Shown here: positions 20,340-29,419 of the stretch, one piece after another | How positions within the stretch are numbered: the stretch's first letter is position 1 | Layout: each line of letters opens with the position of its first letter | NCBI GenBank assembly: GCA_964001285.1 | Contig: CAXFAF010000002.1 | Coordinates: 11,613-75,612 of the forward strand | Length of the DNA: 64,000 nucleotides | Reading direction: 5' to 3' | Origin: an uncultured bacterium | Lineage (GTDB): Bacteria > Pseudomonadota > Alphaproteobacteria > MED-G09 | Notes under the pieces: generated by a model | What the model was told of the DNA's origin: nothing | Seen by the model: only the letters and a program-made list of their open reading frames with translations | The model's database searches: none | Made by a program: the position numbers and the translations under genes

Positions 20340-21917
20340 TTAATTTACTGATCTTTCTAAACCTTCCCAATAAGGTTTTCTTAATTCTTTTTTTAGTATT
20401 TTACCAGAAGGATTTCTAGGTAATTCTTTTATAAAGTCTACCGATTTTGGGGTTTTAAAACCAGCAATTCTTTCTCTTGAAAAATTAATAATATCTTCTT
20501 CAGTAGATTCACAGTTTTCTTTTAAAACAACCAAAGCCTTTACGGCTTCACCCCATTTTTCATCTGGTACACCAATAACAGCCACATCAGCAACCATTTC
20601 ATGACTAAATATGGCATTTTCAACTTCTGCTGGATAAATATTTTCTCCTCCTGATACAATCATGTCTTTTACTCTATCATGAACATATACATAACCATCT
20701 TCATCCATATAACCTGCATCTCCAGTATATAACCATCCAGATTTAAGTGTCTTTGTTGTTTCCTCAGGAAGATTCCAATAACCTTCCATATTCGAAGTTG
20801 TTTTGACAATAATTTCACCAACCTCTCTTCTTGGCACTTCATTATCATTTCCATCTACGATTTTTATTTCACAATGCGGTAGTGCTTTTCCAGCAGATTT
20901 CATCCTTTCATTTCCTTCAACTGAATGATCTTCTGGAGGAAGGTAAGTTACTGAACCCGTTGTCTCTGTCATACCGTAAAGTTGAATGAAGCCACATTTA
21001 AAGACCTCTATTGCTTCTTTCAGTAAATCTAGAGGTATAGGTGATGCACCATATGATATATACCTGATGGTTGAATAATCTGTTTCTTTTGAAAGCGGAT
21101 GTTCTAATATCATTTTCATCATAGCAGGGACCATAAATATTTTTGTTATTCCATAATTATTTATAGCATTCAAAACTTCGGACGGCTCAAATTCCTTGAG
21201 AACGACATTTGTTGCTGAAGCATAAAGACCTCCAATACCTGAGCCGGCACCACCAATATGAAAAGTTGGAGCCATTATTAATTGAATTTCATCTTCTGAC
21301 CATTCGGCCCATTCCATACCCTCTTTTGGTTCAGGTGATCTAGATGAATAAAAATTATTATGTGTTAATTGAACACCTTTAGGGTTACCTGTTGTTCCAG
21401 AAGTGTACATTTGTATTGCTATATCTGTAAGTTTAGACTCTCTGTCACAAATCGAGTCTTTTTGGTTATCGCGCCAATTCATATAAGAGGGCCAATCAGA
21501 ATGATTTCCTGACATACAGATAACTTTTTTTATACTAGGGACATCTTTAAGGATTTTATCAACTAATCCAAAGAAATCTTCTCCAACAAATAATATTTGA
21601 GCGTTAGAATCATTAAGAATATAAGCAACCTCAGGAGGAGCTAGACGCCAATTTATTCCAACAATGACGGAGTTTGACTTTGCACACCCCATAACAAGCT
21701 CATAAAAGTGCTCAGAATTTTTATCCATATAAGCAACTCGGTCTTGTTCATTTATATCTTCTTCAACTAATCCATTAGCTACTCTTTCAGAATTAACATC
21801 AAATTCTTTGTAGGTTGTGACTCTATCTTCAAAAATAAATGCCTTTTTATCTGGGCACCTTTTTCCATGAAATCTAGCTATATCCGATAAATGGACTATT
21901 TCTTCGAAATGTGGCAA
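20340..21917 (-). CDS. Long-chain-fatty-acid--CoA ligase (FadD-like)
   Basis: YTSGTTGNPKG, YGMTETTG, GWLYTGD, DRVKDMIVSGGENIYP, PRNPSGKILK. Confidence 0.92.
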   Translation of the reverse strand: MPHFEEIVHLSDIARFHGKRCPDKKAFIFEDRVTTYKEFDVNSERVANGLVEEDINEQDRVAYMDKNSEHFYELVMGCAKSNSVIVGINWRLAPPEVAYILNDSNAQILFVGEDFFGLVDKILKDVPSIKKVICMSGNHSDWPSYMNWRDNQKDSICDRESKLTDIAIQMYTSGTTGNPKGVQLTHNNFYSSRSPEPKEGMEWAEWSEDEIQLIMAPTFHIGGAGSGIGGLYASATNVVLKEFEPSEVLNAINNYGITKIFMVPAMMKMILEHPLSKETDYSTIRYISYGASPIPLDLLKEAIEVFKCGFIQLYGMTETTGSVTYLPPEDHSVEGNERMKSAGKALPHCEIKIVDGNDNEVPRREVGEIIVKTTSNMEGYWNLPEETTKTLKSGWLYTGDAGYMDEDGYVYVHDRVKDMIVSGGENIYPAEVENAIFSHEMVADVAVIGVPDEKWGEAVKALVVLKENCESTEEDIINFSRERIAGFKTPKSVDFIKELPRNPSGKILKKELRKPYWEGLERSVN

Positions 21918-22022
21918 TTAATTCTCCAAATAAATATTTAACCTATTACAAATTAATATTACAAACTTATCAAGTATGTTTTATAATAAAAATTAGTTTT
22001 GTTTAGTTAATTGGAGATAAAG

Positions 22023-23225
22023 ATGGATTTAAGTTTTAAACCTGAACATGAAAGCTTTAGACAAGAAGTTAGAGAATTTCTTGATAATGAGTTAACTGAT
22101 GAGCTAAGAGAGGCCGGTAAACTTACTGCTAGTGTGTTCAGTGAAGTTGAATTCTCATCAAAGTGGCATAAAATTTTATATAAAAAAGGATGGATTGGAT
22201 CTCGGTGGCCTGAAGAATATGGTGGAACAGGCTGGGATGATATGCAGCGTTATATATTCAGTAGCGAATGTGCATCAGCTGGCGCTCCGTCTCCAACAGC
22301 TATGGGATTGCACATGGTAGGTCCGGTTTTAATGAAATATGGAACCCAAAAACAAAAAGATGAATTACTACCAAGAATTTTATCGGGCGAAGATTTTTGG
22401 TGCCAAGGCTATTCTGAACCTGGATCAGGATCAGATCTAGCATCACTTCAATGCAAAGCTGTCAGAGAGGGAGATCACTATATTATCAACGGAACAAAAA
22501 TTTGGACTACGCATGCTCAACATGCAAACAAAATATTCTGTCTTGTAAGAACTGATAACTCTGGAAAACCCCAACAAGGAATAACATTTATTTTAATAGA
22601 TATGGATACTCCTGGAATAGAAATTAAACCCATCATAACTATGGCTGGAGATCATGAAGTTAATCAGACATTCTTTGACGATGTTAAGGTTCCTGCAGAA
22701 AATGTTGTTGGTGAAGAGAATGATGGTTGGACGGTAGCTAAATATCTCCTAGAGTTTGAAAGGGGTGGAGCATATGCAGCTGGCCTTCAGGCTCAAATAA
22801 ATAAAATAAAAAAGATCGCTTCTATAGAAAAATCAGACTCAGGCGAAACCTTATTAGAAGACAAAAGTTTCTTAAGATCATTAAATGAAGCTGAAATTGA
22901 AGTTCAAGCTGTATTAATGACTGAGCACAGAATTATGTCTGACATTGCTGAAAGAGGTCATCCTGGACCTGCCTCATCAATTCTTAAATCAAGAGGATCT
23001 GAATTAAAGCAAAAGTTAGATAGTCTAACAATTTCTGCAGTGGGTTACTATACTAGTGCTCAACAAAATGAAGCAAGAAAACTTGGATCAAATTTAGATG
23101 TAATTGGTCCTGATTATGGTATTACCGCTTTTCCCTCTTATTTAAATAATAGAGCTTCAACTATTTATGGCGGCTCTAATGAGATACAAAGAAACATTAT
23201 GGCAAAATTTGTTCTTGGCCTTTAA
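22023..23225 (+). CDS. Acyl-CoA dehydrogenase (PimC/FadE-like)
   Basis: WCQGYSEPGSGSDLASL, NGTKIWTT, LLEFERG, TIYGGSNEIQRNI; start moved to ATG 22023 after GGAG. Confidence 0.9.
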   Translation: MDLSFKPEHESFRQEVREFLDNELTDELREAGKLTASVFSEVEFSSKWHKILYKKGWIGSRWPEEYGGTGWDDMQRYIFSSECASAGAPSPTAMGLHMVGPVLMKYGTQKQKDELLPRILSGEDFWCQGYSEPGSGSDLASLQCKAVREGDHYIINGTKIWTTHAQHANKIFCLVRTDNSGKPQQGITFILIDMDTPGIEIKPIITMAGDHEVNQTFFDDVKVPAENVVGEENDGWTVAKYLLEFERGGAYAAGLQAQINKIKKIASIEKSDSGETLLEDKSFLRSLNEAEIEVQAVLMTEHRIMSDIAERGHPGPASSILKSRGSELKQKLDSLTISAVGYYTSAQQNEARKLGSNLDVIGPDYGITAFPSYLNNRASTIYGGSNEIQRNIMAKFVLGL

Positions 23226-23233
23226 GGAACAAT

Positions 23234-24598
23234 ATGAATCTTGAAGAATTAAAGGATTTTTTTGGCGATAGATTAACAACCTCTAAATCAGTTAGACTTG
23301 AACATAGTCATGATGAGTCTTGGCATATTCCAAAAAATATTCCAGATGCTGTAGTTTTTCCTGAAACAACTGAAGAAGTATCTAGAATTATTAAATTTGC
23401 TTTTAAGAATAAAATTCCAGTAATTCCTTTTGGAACAGGCACTGCTCTTGAAGGTCATGTACATGCTGTTAATGGCGGGATAACAATCAATTCAGTTAAT
23501 ATGAATAGTATTATTGAAGTAAATAATGAAGATATGGACTGTAGAGTTCAAGCTGGAGTAACAAGGAAAAATTTAAATGAATATTTAAGGGATTCAGGGT
23601 TATTCTTTCCTGTAGACCCAGGCGCTAATGCATCCATAGGAGGTATGTGTGCTACAAGAGCTTCTGGAACAACTACAGTTAAGTACGGGACTATTCGAGA
23701 ACAAGTGATAGGGCTTGAAGTCGTTATGCCTGATGGAAGAGTAATTAATACTGGAACAAGGGCAAGAAAATCAGCTGCAGGTTACGACTTAACTCATTTA
23801 ATGCTTGGCTCAGAAGGAACTCTAGGTTTTATCACCGAAATAAGTCTTAGGCTGCACGGTAGACCAGAAGCGGTTTCAGCAGGTGTATGTAGTTTTTCTA
23901 ATTTAAAAGGTGCAGTTGATACTGTAATAGAGGCTATTCAAATTGGCCTTCCTTTATCAAGAATGGAATTACTAGATGAAGCACAAATCTCAGCTATTAA
24001 TAAATATAAAAAAACTAACCATGAAGAAGTACCAACATTATTTGTTGAGATACAGGGCACTCCTCTAGGAATAAAAGAACAGGCAGAAAAATTTAAGGGA
24101 ATAGCAGAATCTAATGAAGTTCTTAATTTTAATTGGTCAGATCGAAGTGAAGAAATTGAGAGGTTATGGAACGCTCGTCATGAAGCTTATTATGCTGTCC
24201 TTAATTTAGCTCCAGGAAAAAAAGCTTTCACAACTGATATTTGTGTTCCTATTTCTCGACTTACTGAATGTATTTTAGAGACAAAAAAAGACATTAAAGA
24301 ATCAAACATAATAGCTCCTATAGTAGGTCATGTGGGCGATGGTAACTTTCATTTAATTATGCTTCTAGATCCAGATAATAAAAATGAAGTCGAACAGGCA
24401 AAAATATTAAACGAGAAACTTCTAAAAAGAGCTATAGAGATGAAAGGAACTTCTACTGGAGAACATGGAATAGGGATTGGAAAGAAAGATTACTTAAAAA
24501 TCGAACAAGGTCTCTCAGTCGATGTAATGGCTCAAATAAAGAAAGCCATTGATCCAACTAATATTATGAATCCAGGAAAAATTTTCGAATTAAATTAA
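23234..24598 (+). CDS. FAD-linked oxidase, D-lactate dehydrogenase/GlcD family
   Basis: PFGTGTALEGH, FPVDPGANASIGG, GSEGTLG, GHVGDGNFH, TGEHGIG, MNPGK. Confidence 0.9.
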   Translation: MNLEELKDFFGDRLTTSKSVRLEHSHDESWHIPKNIPDAVVFPETTEEVSRIIKFAFKNKIPVIPFGTGTALEGHVHAVNGGITINSVNMNSIIEVNNEDMDCRVQAGVTRKNLNEYLRDSGLFFPVDPGANASIGGMCATRASGTTTVKYGTIREQVIGLEVVMPDGRVINTGTRARKSAAGYDLTHLMLGSEGTLGFITEISLRLHGRPEAVSAGVCSFSNLKGAVDTVIEAIQIGLPLSRMELLDEAQISAINKYKKTNHEEVPTLFVEIQGTPLGIKEQAEKFKGIAESNEVLNFNWSDRSEEIERLWNARHEAYYAVLNLAPGKKAFTTDICVPISRLTECILETKKDIKESNIIAPIVGHVGDGNFHLIMLLDPDNKNEVEQAKILNEKLLKRAIEMKGTSTGEHGIGIGKKDYLKIEQGLSVDVMAQIKKAIDPTNIMNPGKIFELN

Positions 24599-24678
24599 GT
24601 TTATTTAACTACATATCTTAACCAAGTTACACACCTCAAAACAAAAATACCCTAATTTTTTTGATTAAAAAATAAATT

Positions 24679-24694
24679 TGGCATCGAAATTGCT
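24679..24694 (+). promoter_or_regulatory. Sigma54 -24/-12 promoter of torF-amtB (TGGCATCGAAATTGCT)
   Basis: Exact TGGCAY-N5-TTGCW; predicted TSS near 24705, followed by SD AGGAGG and ATG 24730; upstream of an ammonium transporter. Confidence 0.88.
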
Positions 24695-24729
24695 TATTAC
24701 TAACATCATAAATTTAGGAGGTTAACATT

Positions 24730-25380
24730 ATGGTTATTTTAAAAAATATAAAAAATTATTCTGGAAAAATAGTTGTTGCTGTTTTTCTTGGTTTTGCAAC
24801 TGTTGGAACAACTTTTGCTGATTCATTAGAATGGAATATAGGAGCCACTAGTCAATATCTTTGGCGTGGTATGTCTCAAGGAAGCGGAGCAGCTGTACAA
24901 GGTGGTTTAGACTATTCTGCTGATAATGGATTTTCAATTGGCACTTGGGTATCCAATGTCGATTTTGGGGATGATACTACTTATGAATTAGATGGTTACT
25001 TTGGATATAGTATAGGTCCAGTTTCTTTAGGCTATATTTATTATGCTTATCCAGATGGTGATGATCTTGATTTTAGTGAAATTAGTATTAGTGCAGAAGT
25101 TGGCGCATTTACTTTTGGTGTTGCAGTTCTTGCAGATGCTGATTGGGAAGCCGATTTAGGTGATGATCCATATTTCTTTATTGATACTGGTTTTCCTATT
25201 AGAGAAGGTTTAGATCTTGGCCTTCATGTTGGGCATTATGATTATGAAGCTGGTGATGCTGAAACAGATTACGGACTTACCCTTAGCATTGGAGATTTTA
25301 GTTTTGGTATCATGGATAGTACCCGTGATGATAGTGATCCAAAATTTGTAATTTCTTACGGCGTTTCAGGAAGTTTGTAA
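24730..25380 (+). CDS. TorF-family putative outer-membrane porin (TIGR02001-like)
   Basis: Signal peptide, SQYLWRGMSQ, AVQGGLDY, GTWVSNVDF, ELDGYFGY; this family commonly precedes glnK-amtB. Confidence 0.85.
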   Translation: MVILKNIKNYSGKIVVAVFLGFATVGTTFADSLEWNIGATSQYLWRGMSQGSGAAVQGGLDYSADNGFSIGTWVSNVDFGDDTTYELDGYFGYSIGPVSLGYIYYAYPDGDDLDFSEISISAEVGAFTFGVAVLADADWEADLGDDPYFFIDTGFPIREGLDLGLHVGHYDYEAGDAETDYGLTLSIGDFSFGIMDSTRDDSDPKFVISYGVSGSL

Positions 25381-25410
25381 ATTTAATTAAATTTATAAAG
25401 GAATAAAAGG

Positions 25411-26697
25411 ATGAATATTTTAAAAAAACTACCCATATTTGGTTTAGTGTTAGCAATTTTAACTGGCAATGCATTTGCAGAAGTAAGTGAAGAATCTGCT
25501 TACATTTTCAATACTTTCTCATTTTTGGTGCATGGCTTTCTTGTTATGCTAATGGCTATGGGCTTCACATGTCTGGAAGCAGGTTTAGTTAGAAGTAAAA
25601 ATACTGCTGCAATTTGCCTTAAAAATGTAGGTTTATATAGTCTTGCTGGTATTATGTTTTATCTCGTTGGTTATGGTTTTATGTATAACGAGGTAAACGG
25701 ATTTATAGGACAGCCAACTTTATGGAATCCAGAAGCTGAAGTGAGTTCGGCAGATGGATATTCAAAAATGTCAGATTGGTTCTTTCAGATGGTTTTCTGT
25801 GCTACTGCAATGTCTATCGTTAGTGGAACTATTGCCGAAAGAATTAAGTTGGCGCCTTTCTTCATATTTGCTGTTATCTTAACTGGTATTATTTATCCTA
25901 TCCAAGGATCTTGGGTATGGGGCGGTGGTTTTCTAGCAGAAATGGGCTTCTCAGACTTTGCTGGATCTACACTTGTTCATTCAGTTGGTGGTTGGGCTGC
26001 ATTAATGGGCGCGATCATTATTGGCCCAAGGTTAGGTAAGTATTCATCAAGCGGTTCAGTTATAGCAATTCCTGGATCAAATTTACCACTTGCAACAATA
26101 GGTACATTTATACTCTGGTTTGGATGGTTCGGTTTCAACGGTGGATCACAATTAGCCCTTGGCAGTGCAGCAGACGCGGCAGCAATGGCAAATGTTTATG
26201 TTAACACTAATATGGCAGCATGCGGTGGACTAGTTGCAGCCATGACTTTAGCTTCAATTTTATACGGTAAAGTAGATCTAACTCTTGCCTTAAATGGAGC
26301 GCTTGCTGGGTTGGTCAGTATTACAGCAGGTCCAGATGTTGGAACTCCTCTACAAGCAATTTTAATTGGCGCAATAGGTGGAATATTATGTACTTTAGCT
26401 ATACCACTCCTTGATAAATTAAAAATAGATGATGTTGTTGGTGCCATTTCGGTTCATTTGGTGGCTGGTATATGGGGCACATTAGTTGTTGGAATACCAG
26501 GACTAAATGGTAGCGGTGACTTCATGACGCAATTATATGGTGTAGTTGCTATAGGTTTATTTGTTAGCATTGTTAGTGCTGTTGTTTGGTTTATTCTTAA
26601 AGCAACAGTAGGATTAAGACCTTCAGAAGAAGAAGAAATGATGGGATTAGATGTCTCTGAATTAGGTATGGAGGCTTATCCAGAATTTAGAAATTAG
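25411..26697 (+). CDS. amtB: Ammonium transporter
   Basis: FFQMVF, SIVSGTIAER, DFAGSTLVH, LWFGWFGFNGGS, NGALAGLVSITA, DDVVGAISVH (twin His). Confidence 0.96.
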   Translation: MNILKKLPIFGLVLAILTGNAFAEVSEESAYIFNTFSFLVHGFLVMLMAMGFTCLEAGLVRSKNTAAICLKNVGLYSLAGIMFYLVGYGFMYNEVNGFIGQPTLWNPEAEVSSADGYSKMSDWFFQMVFCATAMSIVSGTIAERIKLAPFFIFAVILTGIIYPIQGSWVWGGGFLAEMGFSDFAGSTLVHSVGGWAALMGAIIIGPRLGKYSSSGSVIAIPGSNLPLATIGTFILWFGWFGFNGGSQLALGSAADAAAMANVYVNTNMAACGGLVAAMTLASILYGKVDLTLALNGALAGLVSITAGPDVGTPLQAILIGAIGGILCTLAIPLLDKLKIDDVVGAISVHLVAGIWGTLVVGIPGLNGSGDFMTQLYGVVAIGLFVSIVSAVVWFILKATVGLRPSEEEEMMGLDVSELGMEAYPEFRN

Positions 26698-26765
26698 TCA
26701 TTCTGTTCTCCTCCCCATAATGATTTGACTAATTTACCACCGCGTTTTTTTAAGCGCGGTGGTTT
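26691..26765 (+). ncRNA. Candidate amtB 3'UTR-derived sRNA with anti-Shine-Dalgarno loop (cuckoo/alpha-r14/AbcR-like module)
   Basis: Perfect 10-bp inverted repeat AAATTAGTCA (26691-26700)/TGACTAATTT (26726-26735), inner stem TCATT/AATGA, apical loop TTCTCCTCCC, immediately followed by the terminator hairpin. Confidence 0.5.
26736..26765. terminator. Intrinsic terminator hairpin between convergent amtB and HCCA-isomerase-like genes, probably bidirectional
   Basis: ACCACCGCG (26736-26744)/CGCGGTGGT (26755-26763) GC-rich stem. Confidence 0.8.
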
Positions 26766-27350
26766 CTATTGTAGAGCTTCTTCAATAAAATCTAATCTAT
26801 CTTGACCAAAAAACATTTCTTCTCCAACAAAAATTGTTGGCGCTCCAAAAGCTCCTTTATTAACAGCTTCTTCTGTATTTTGAATTAAAAGATCCTTCAC
26901 TTTTTGATCAGAGACTCTATTCATAAAGTCTTCAGGATTAAATCCTCCATTAGTAAGGACTTCACCTATAATTTCTGGGTTATTCATATCTTTAGGGTTA
27001 ACCCACATAGCATCAAATATTGTATTTAAATAACCATTAAAATCACCTTCTAGCTGATATGAGATTGCTCCACGCATTAAGGCTAGAGTATTCACTGGAA
27101 AATAAGGATTATTTTGAAAAGGAACATCATATCTTTTGGCAAATCTAGGAAGATCTACACCATAATACGCTCCTTTTGCCGGAATAGCTGCAGGTGTTTG
27201 GTTACCAGTTGCTTTAAAAATACCACCCAATAGAACTGGTTTATATTCTAGTTCTGCAGAATTTCTTTCAGCAATTTTAGGAAGTTGTGTGGAAGCAAGA
27301 TATACTGTTGGACTTCCAAAATCAAAACAGAAGGTTATCTTTTTTGTCAT
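26766..27350 (-). CDS. 2-hydroxychromene-2-carboxylate isomerase-like (DsbA/GST-kappa family)
   Basis: FDFGSPTVY, PVLLGGIFK, GAFGAPT, FFGQDRL. Confidence 0.88.
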   Translation of the reverse strand: MTKKITFCFDFGSPTVYLASTQLPKIAERNSAELEYKPVLLGGIFKATGNQTPAAIPAKGAYYGVDLPRFAKRYDVPFQNNPYFPVNTLALMRGAISYQLEGDFNGYLNTIFDAMWVNPKDMNNPEIIGEVLTNGGFNPEDFMNRVSDQKVKDLLIQNTEEAVNKGAFGAPTIFVGEEMFFGQDRLDFIEEALQ

Positions 27351-27361
27351 ATTAATCTCCT

Positions 27362-28138
27362 TTAAAGGTCCCTTACTAAATGTCCGCCGTCTACGACAAG
27401 TGTTGAGCCAGTTATATATGACCCAGCTTCACTGGCTAGCAGAAGAATAGGGCCTTTTAATTCTTCTAAATTACCTGCTCGTCTCATTGGTACTCTTTTT
27501 ATCATAGGGGCACTCATATCTGAGTCTAAGAAATCACTATTAAGGTCAGTTCGAAAATAACCGGGAGCAATAGCATTAACTCTAACTCCGTACTTAGACC
27601 ATTCTAAAGCCATTTGTCGTGTCATATGAGATAAAGCCGCTTTAGATATAGCATAAATTCCATTACCTTTTTGAGCTGCTTCTCCCGTTATAGAAGAAAC
27701 ATTTATAATAATTCCCTCTTTTTGATTTTTTTCTAATCTCTTTTTTAGCCAAAATTTTGATAATGCCCATGGTCCTCTTAAATTAGTATTAATTACATCA
27801 TTCCATTCGTCTTCAACATGACTATCTAATGTACCAACAACAGTCATTCCTGCATTGTTGACTAATAAATCAATTGATTCAAATTTTTGATCAATATCAT
27901 TTAGACAATCTTCTATTGAAGATTCATTTGTTATATCTAAAGAAAAAATTTCAACTTCTGATTTTTTCTTATCAAGAATAGATTTGGTTTCTTCTAATTT
28001 CTCCTTTCGTCGTGCTGCAAGAGCTAGATTAGCTCCAGCTTCATATAAAGTTTTTGCTATTTCTTGGCCTAAACCACTCCCTGCACCTGTGATGAGAGCT
28101 GTTTTACCTTCTAAACTGAATAAATTATCTTTACTCAT
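27362..28138 (-). CDS. Classical SDR oxidoreductase
   Basis: TGAGSGLG, LVNNAG, YAISK, VNAIAPGYF; start moved to ATG 28138. Confidence 0.9.
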   Translation of the reverse strand: MSKDNLFSLEGKTALITGAGSGLGQEIAKTLYEAGANLALAARRKEKLEETKSILDKKKSEVEIFSLDITNESSIEDCLNDIDQKFESIDLLVNNAGMTVVGTLDSHVEDEWNDVINTNLRGPWALSKFWLKKRLEKNQKEGIIINVSSITGEAAQKGNGIYAISKAALSHMTRQMALEWSKYGVRVNAIAPGYFRTDLNSDFLDSDMSAPMIKRVPMRRAGNLEELKGPILLLASEAGSYITGSTLVVDGGHLVRDL

Positions 28139-29417
28139 TAAAAACCCCAATTGCCGCGGCTGTCATTGCAGCAACACCTGTTTTAAGAGTTGGAACAGGA
28201 TCCGGTGCAAACAGTGGAGAGTGATTAGTTGGTATAGTTATTTCACCTTTTTCAAATTTTTCCCAATCAGAAAGAGAAGGCCCGCCAATCCAAAAAAGAA
28301 ATGTTGGAATTTTTGGTTCAACTCTTCCAAATCTTCCAAAATCCTCACCACCCATTACCGGAGGTGCTTCAAAAACATTATTTTCACCAATAGCATTCTT
28401 AATATGTTTAACCACAATATCGACAAATTCAGGAGTATTATAAAGAGCAGGGGTGAATTCATCTCTTAATTTTAATGTTGGCATTCTATCTTCAGGCATA
28501 CCCATTGAAATTGCCTCTCCTTTAATAATTCTTTCAATTTTCGAAATGATGTCTTCTCTTACATCATCAGTATACGATCTTAATGTTAACTGAAGCTTAA
28601 CTTCTTCAGATATTATGTTGTGTTTGAATCCACCATGGATAGAGCCTACTGTAACAACCGCAGGATCTAATGGATTTAATTCTCTACTTACTATTGTTTG
28701 AAGGGCAGAAACTATTTTTGATGCAAGAACTATAGGATCTTTAGCTGTGTGTGGGTAGGCTCCATGACCCCCAACACCATAGATAGTTATATCAGCCATA
28801 TCAACATTAGCCATGGAATAACCTTTACTGTAGGCAACCGTTCCGGCGGGTAAAGAGCTTCCTACATGAAGGGCTAAATTGTAATCAGGGCGTGGAAATT
28901 TTTCAAACAAACCTTCTTCAAGCATTCTTGCTGATCCCTGTCCCCGTTCTTCAGCGGGTTGAAAAATAACCATCAAAGTTCCTGACCATTTTTTTTTATT
29001 TTTAATTAATTCCTTTGCTGTTCCAACAGCTACAGCCATATGAACATCATGCCCACATGCATGCATTACATAAACCTCAGTTTTATCTATATTAAGAGCT
29101 CTCACTTTTGATGCGTACTCTAATCCTGTTTTTTCTTTTACAGGAAGACCATCCATGTCTGCTCGTATCATCAGCACTGGTCCATTTCCATTTTTATAAA
29201 TTGAAACTACGCCTGTTTTTGCAAATCCTTTCGTAACTGAGAAACCTAACGCCTCCATTTTTTCAGCTAACAGATCTGAAGTCTTATATTCCTGCCAAGA
29301 TAATTCCGGATTTTCATGTAAGTGTTTATAAAGGTCTAATATTTCGTCAGCATAAGAAAAATTTCCGATAATGAGAAGGATTGAAAAAAAAGAGAATATT
29401 TTATTATAAATACGCAT
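28131..29417 (-). CDS. Exported M20D amidohydrolase (hippurate hydrolase-like)
   Basis: Signal peptide; HLHENPELS, RADMDGLP, MHACGHDVH, FQPAEE, GGHGAYPH, MGGEDF, NHSP. Confidence 0.9.
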   Translation of the reverse strand: MRIYNKIFSFFSILLIIGNFSYADEILDLYKHLHENPELSWQEYKTSDLLAEKMEALGFSVTKGFAKTGVVSIYKNGNGPVLMIRADMDGLPVKEKTGLEYASKVRALNIDKTEVYVMHACGHDVHMAVAVGTAKELIKNKKKWSGTLMVIFQPAEERGQGSARMLEEGLFEKFPRPDYNLALHVGSSLPAGTVAYSKGYSMANVDMADITIYGVGGHGAYPHTAKDPIVLASKIVSALQTIVSRELNPLDPAVVTVGSIHGGFKHNIISEEVKLQLTLRSYTDDVREDIISKIERIIKGEAISMGMPEDRMPTLKLRDEFTPALYNTPEFVDIVVKHIKNAIGENNVFEAPPVMGGEDFGRFGRVEPKIPTFLFWIGGPSLSDWEKFEKGEITIPTNHSPLFAPDPVPTLKTGVAAMTAAAIGVFNE

Positions 29418-29419
29418 GA

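Noticed and set aside
26687-26716. Minus-strand reading of the anti-SD loop as a strong SD (GGGGAGGAG) plus mini-ORF ATG ACT AAT TTC TAA (MTNF)
   Set aside because: Only four codons, antisense to amtB, and behind the terminator hairpin on that strand; the plus-strand hairpin-loop reading explains the sequence better, though this is not formally excluded
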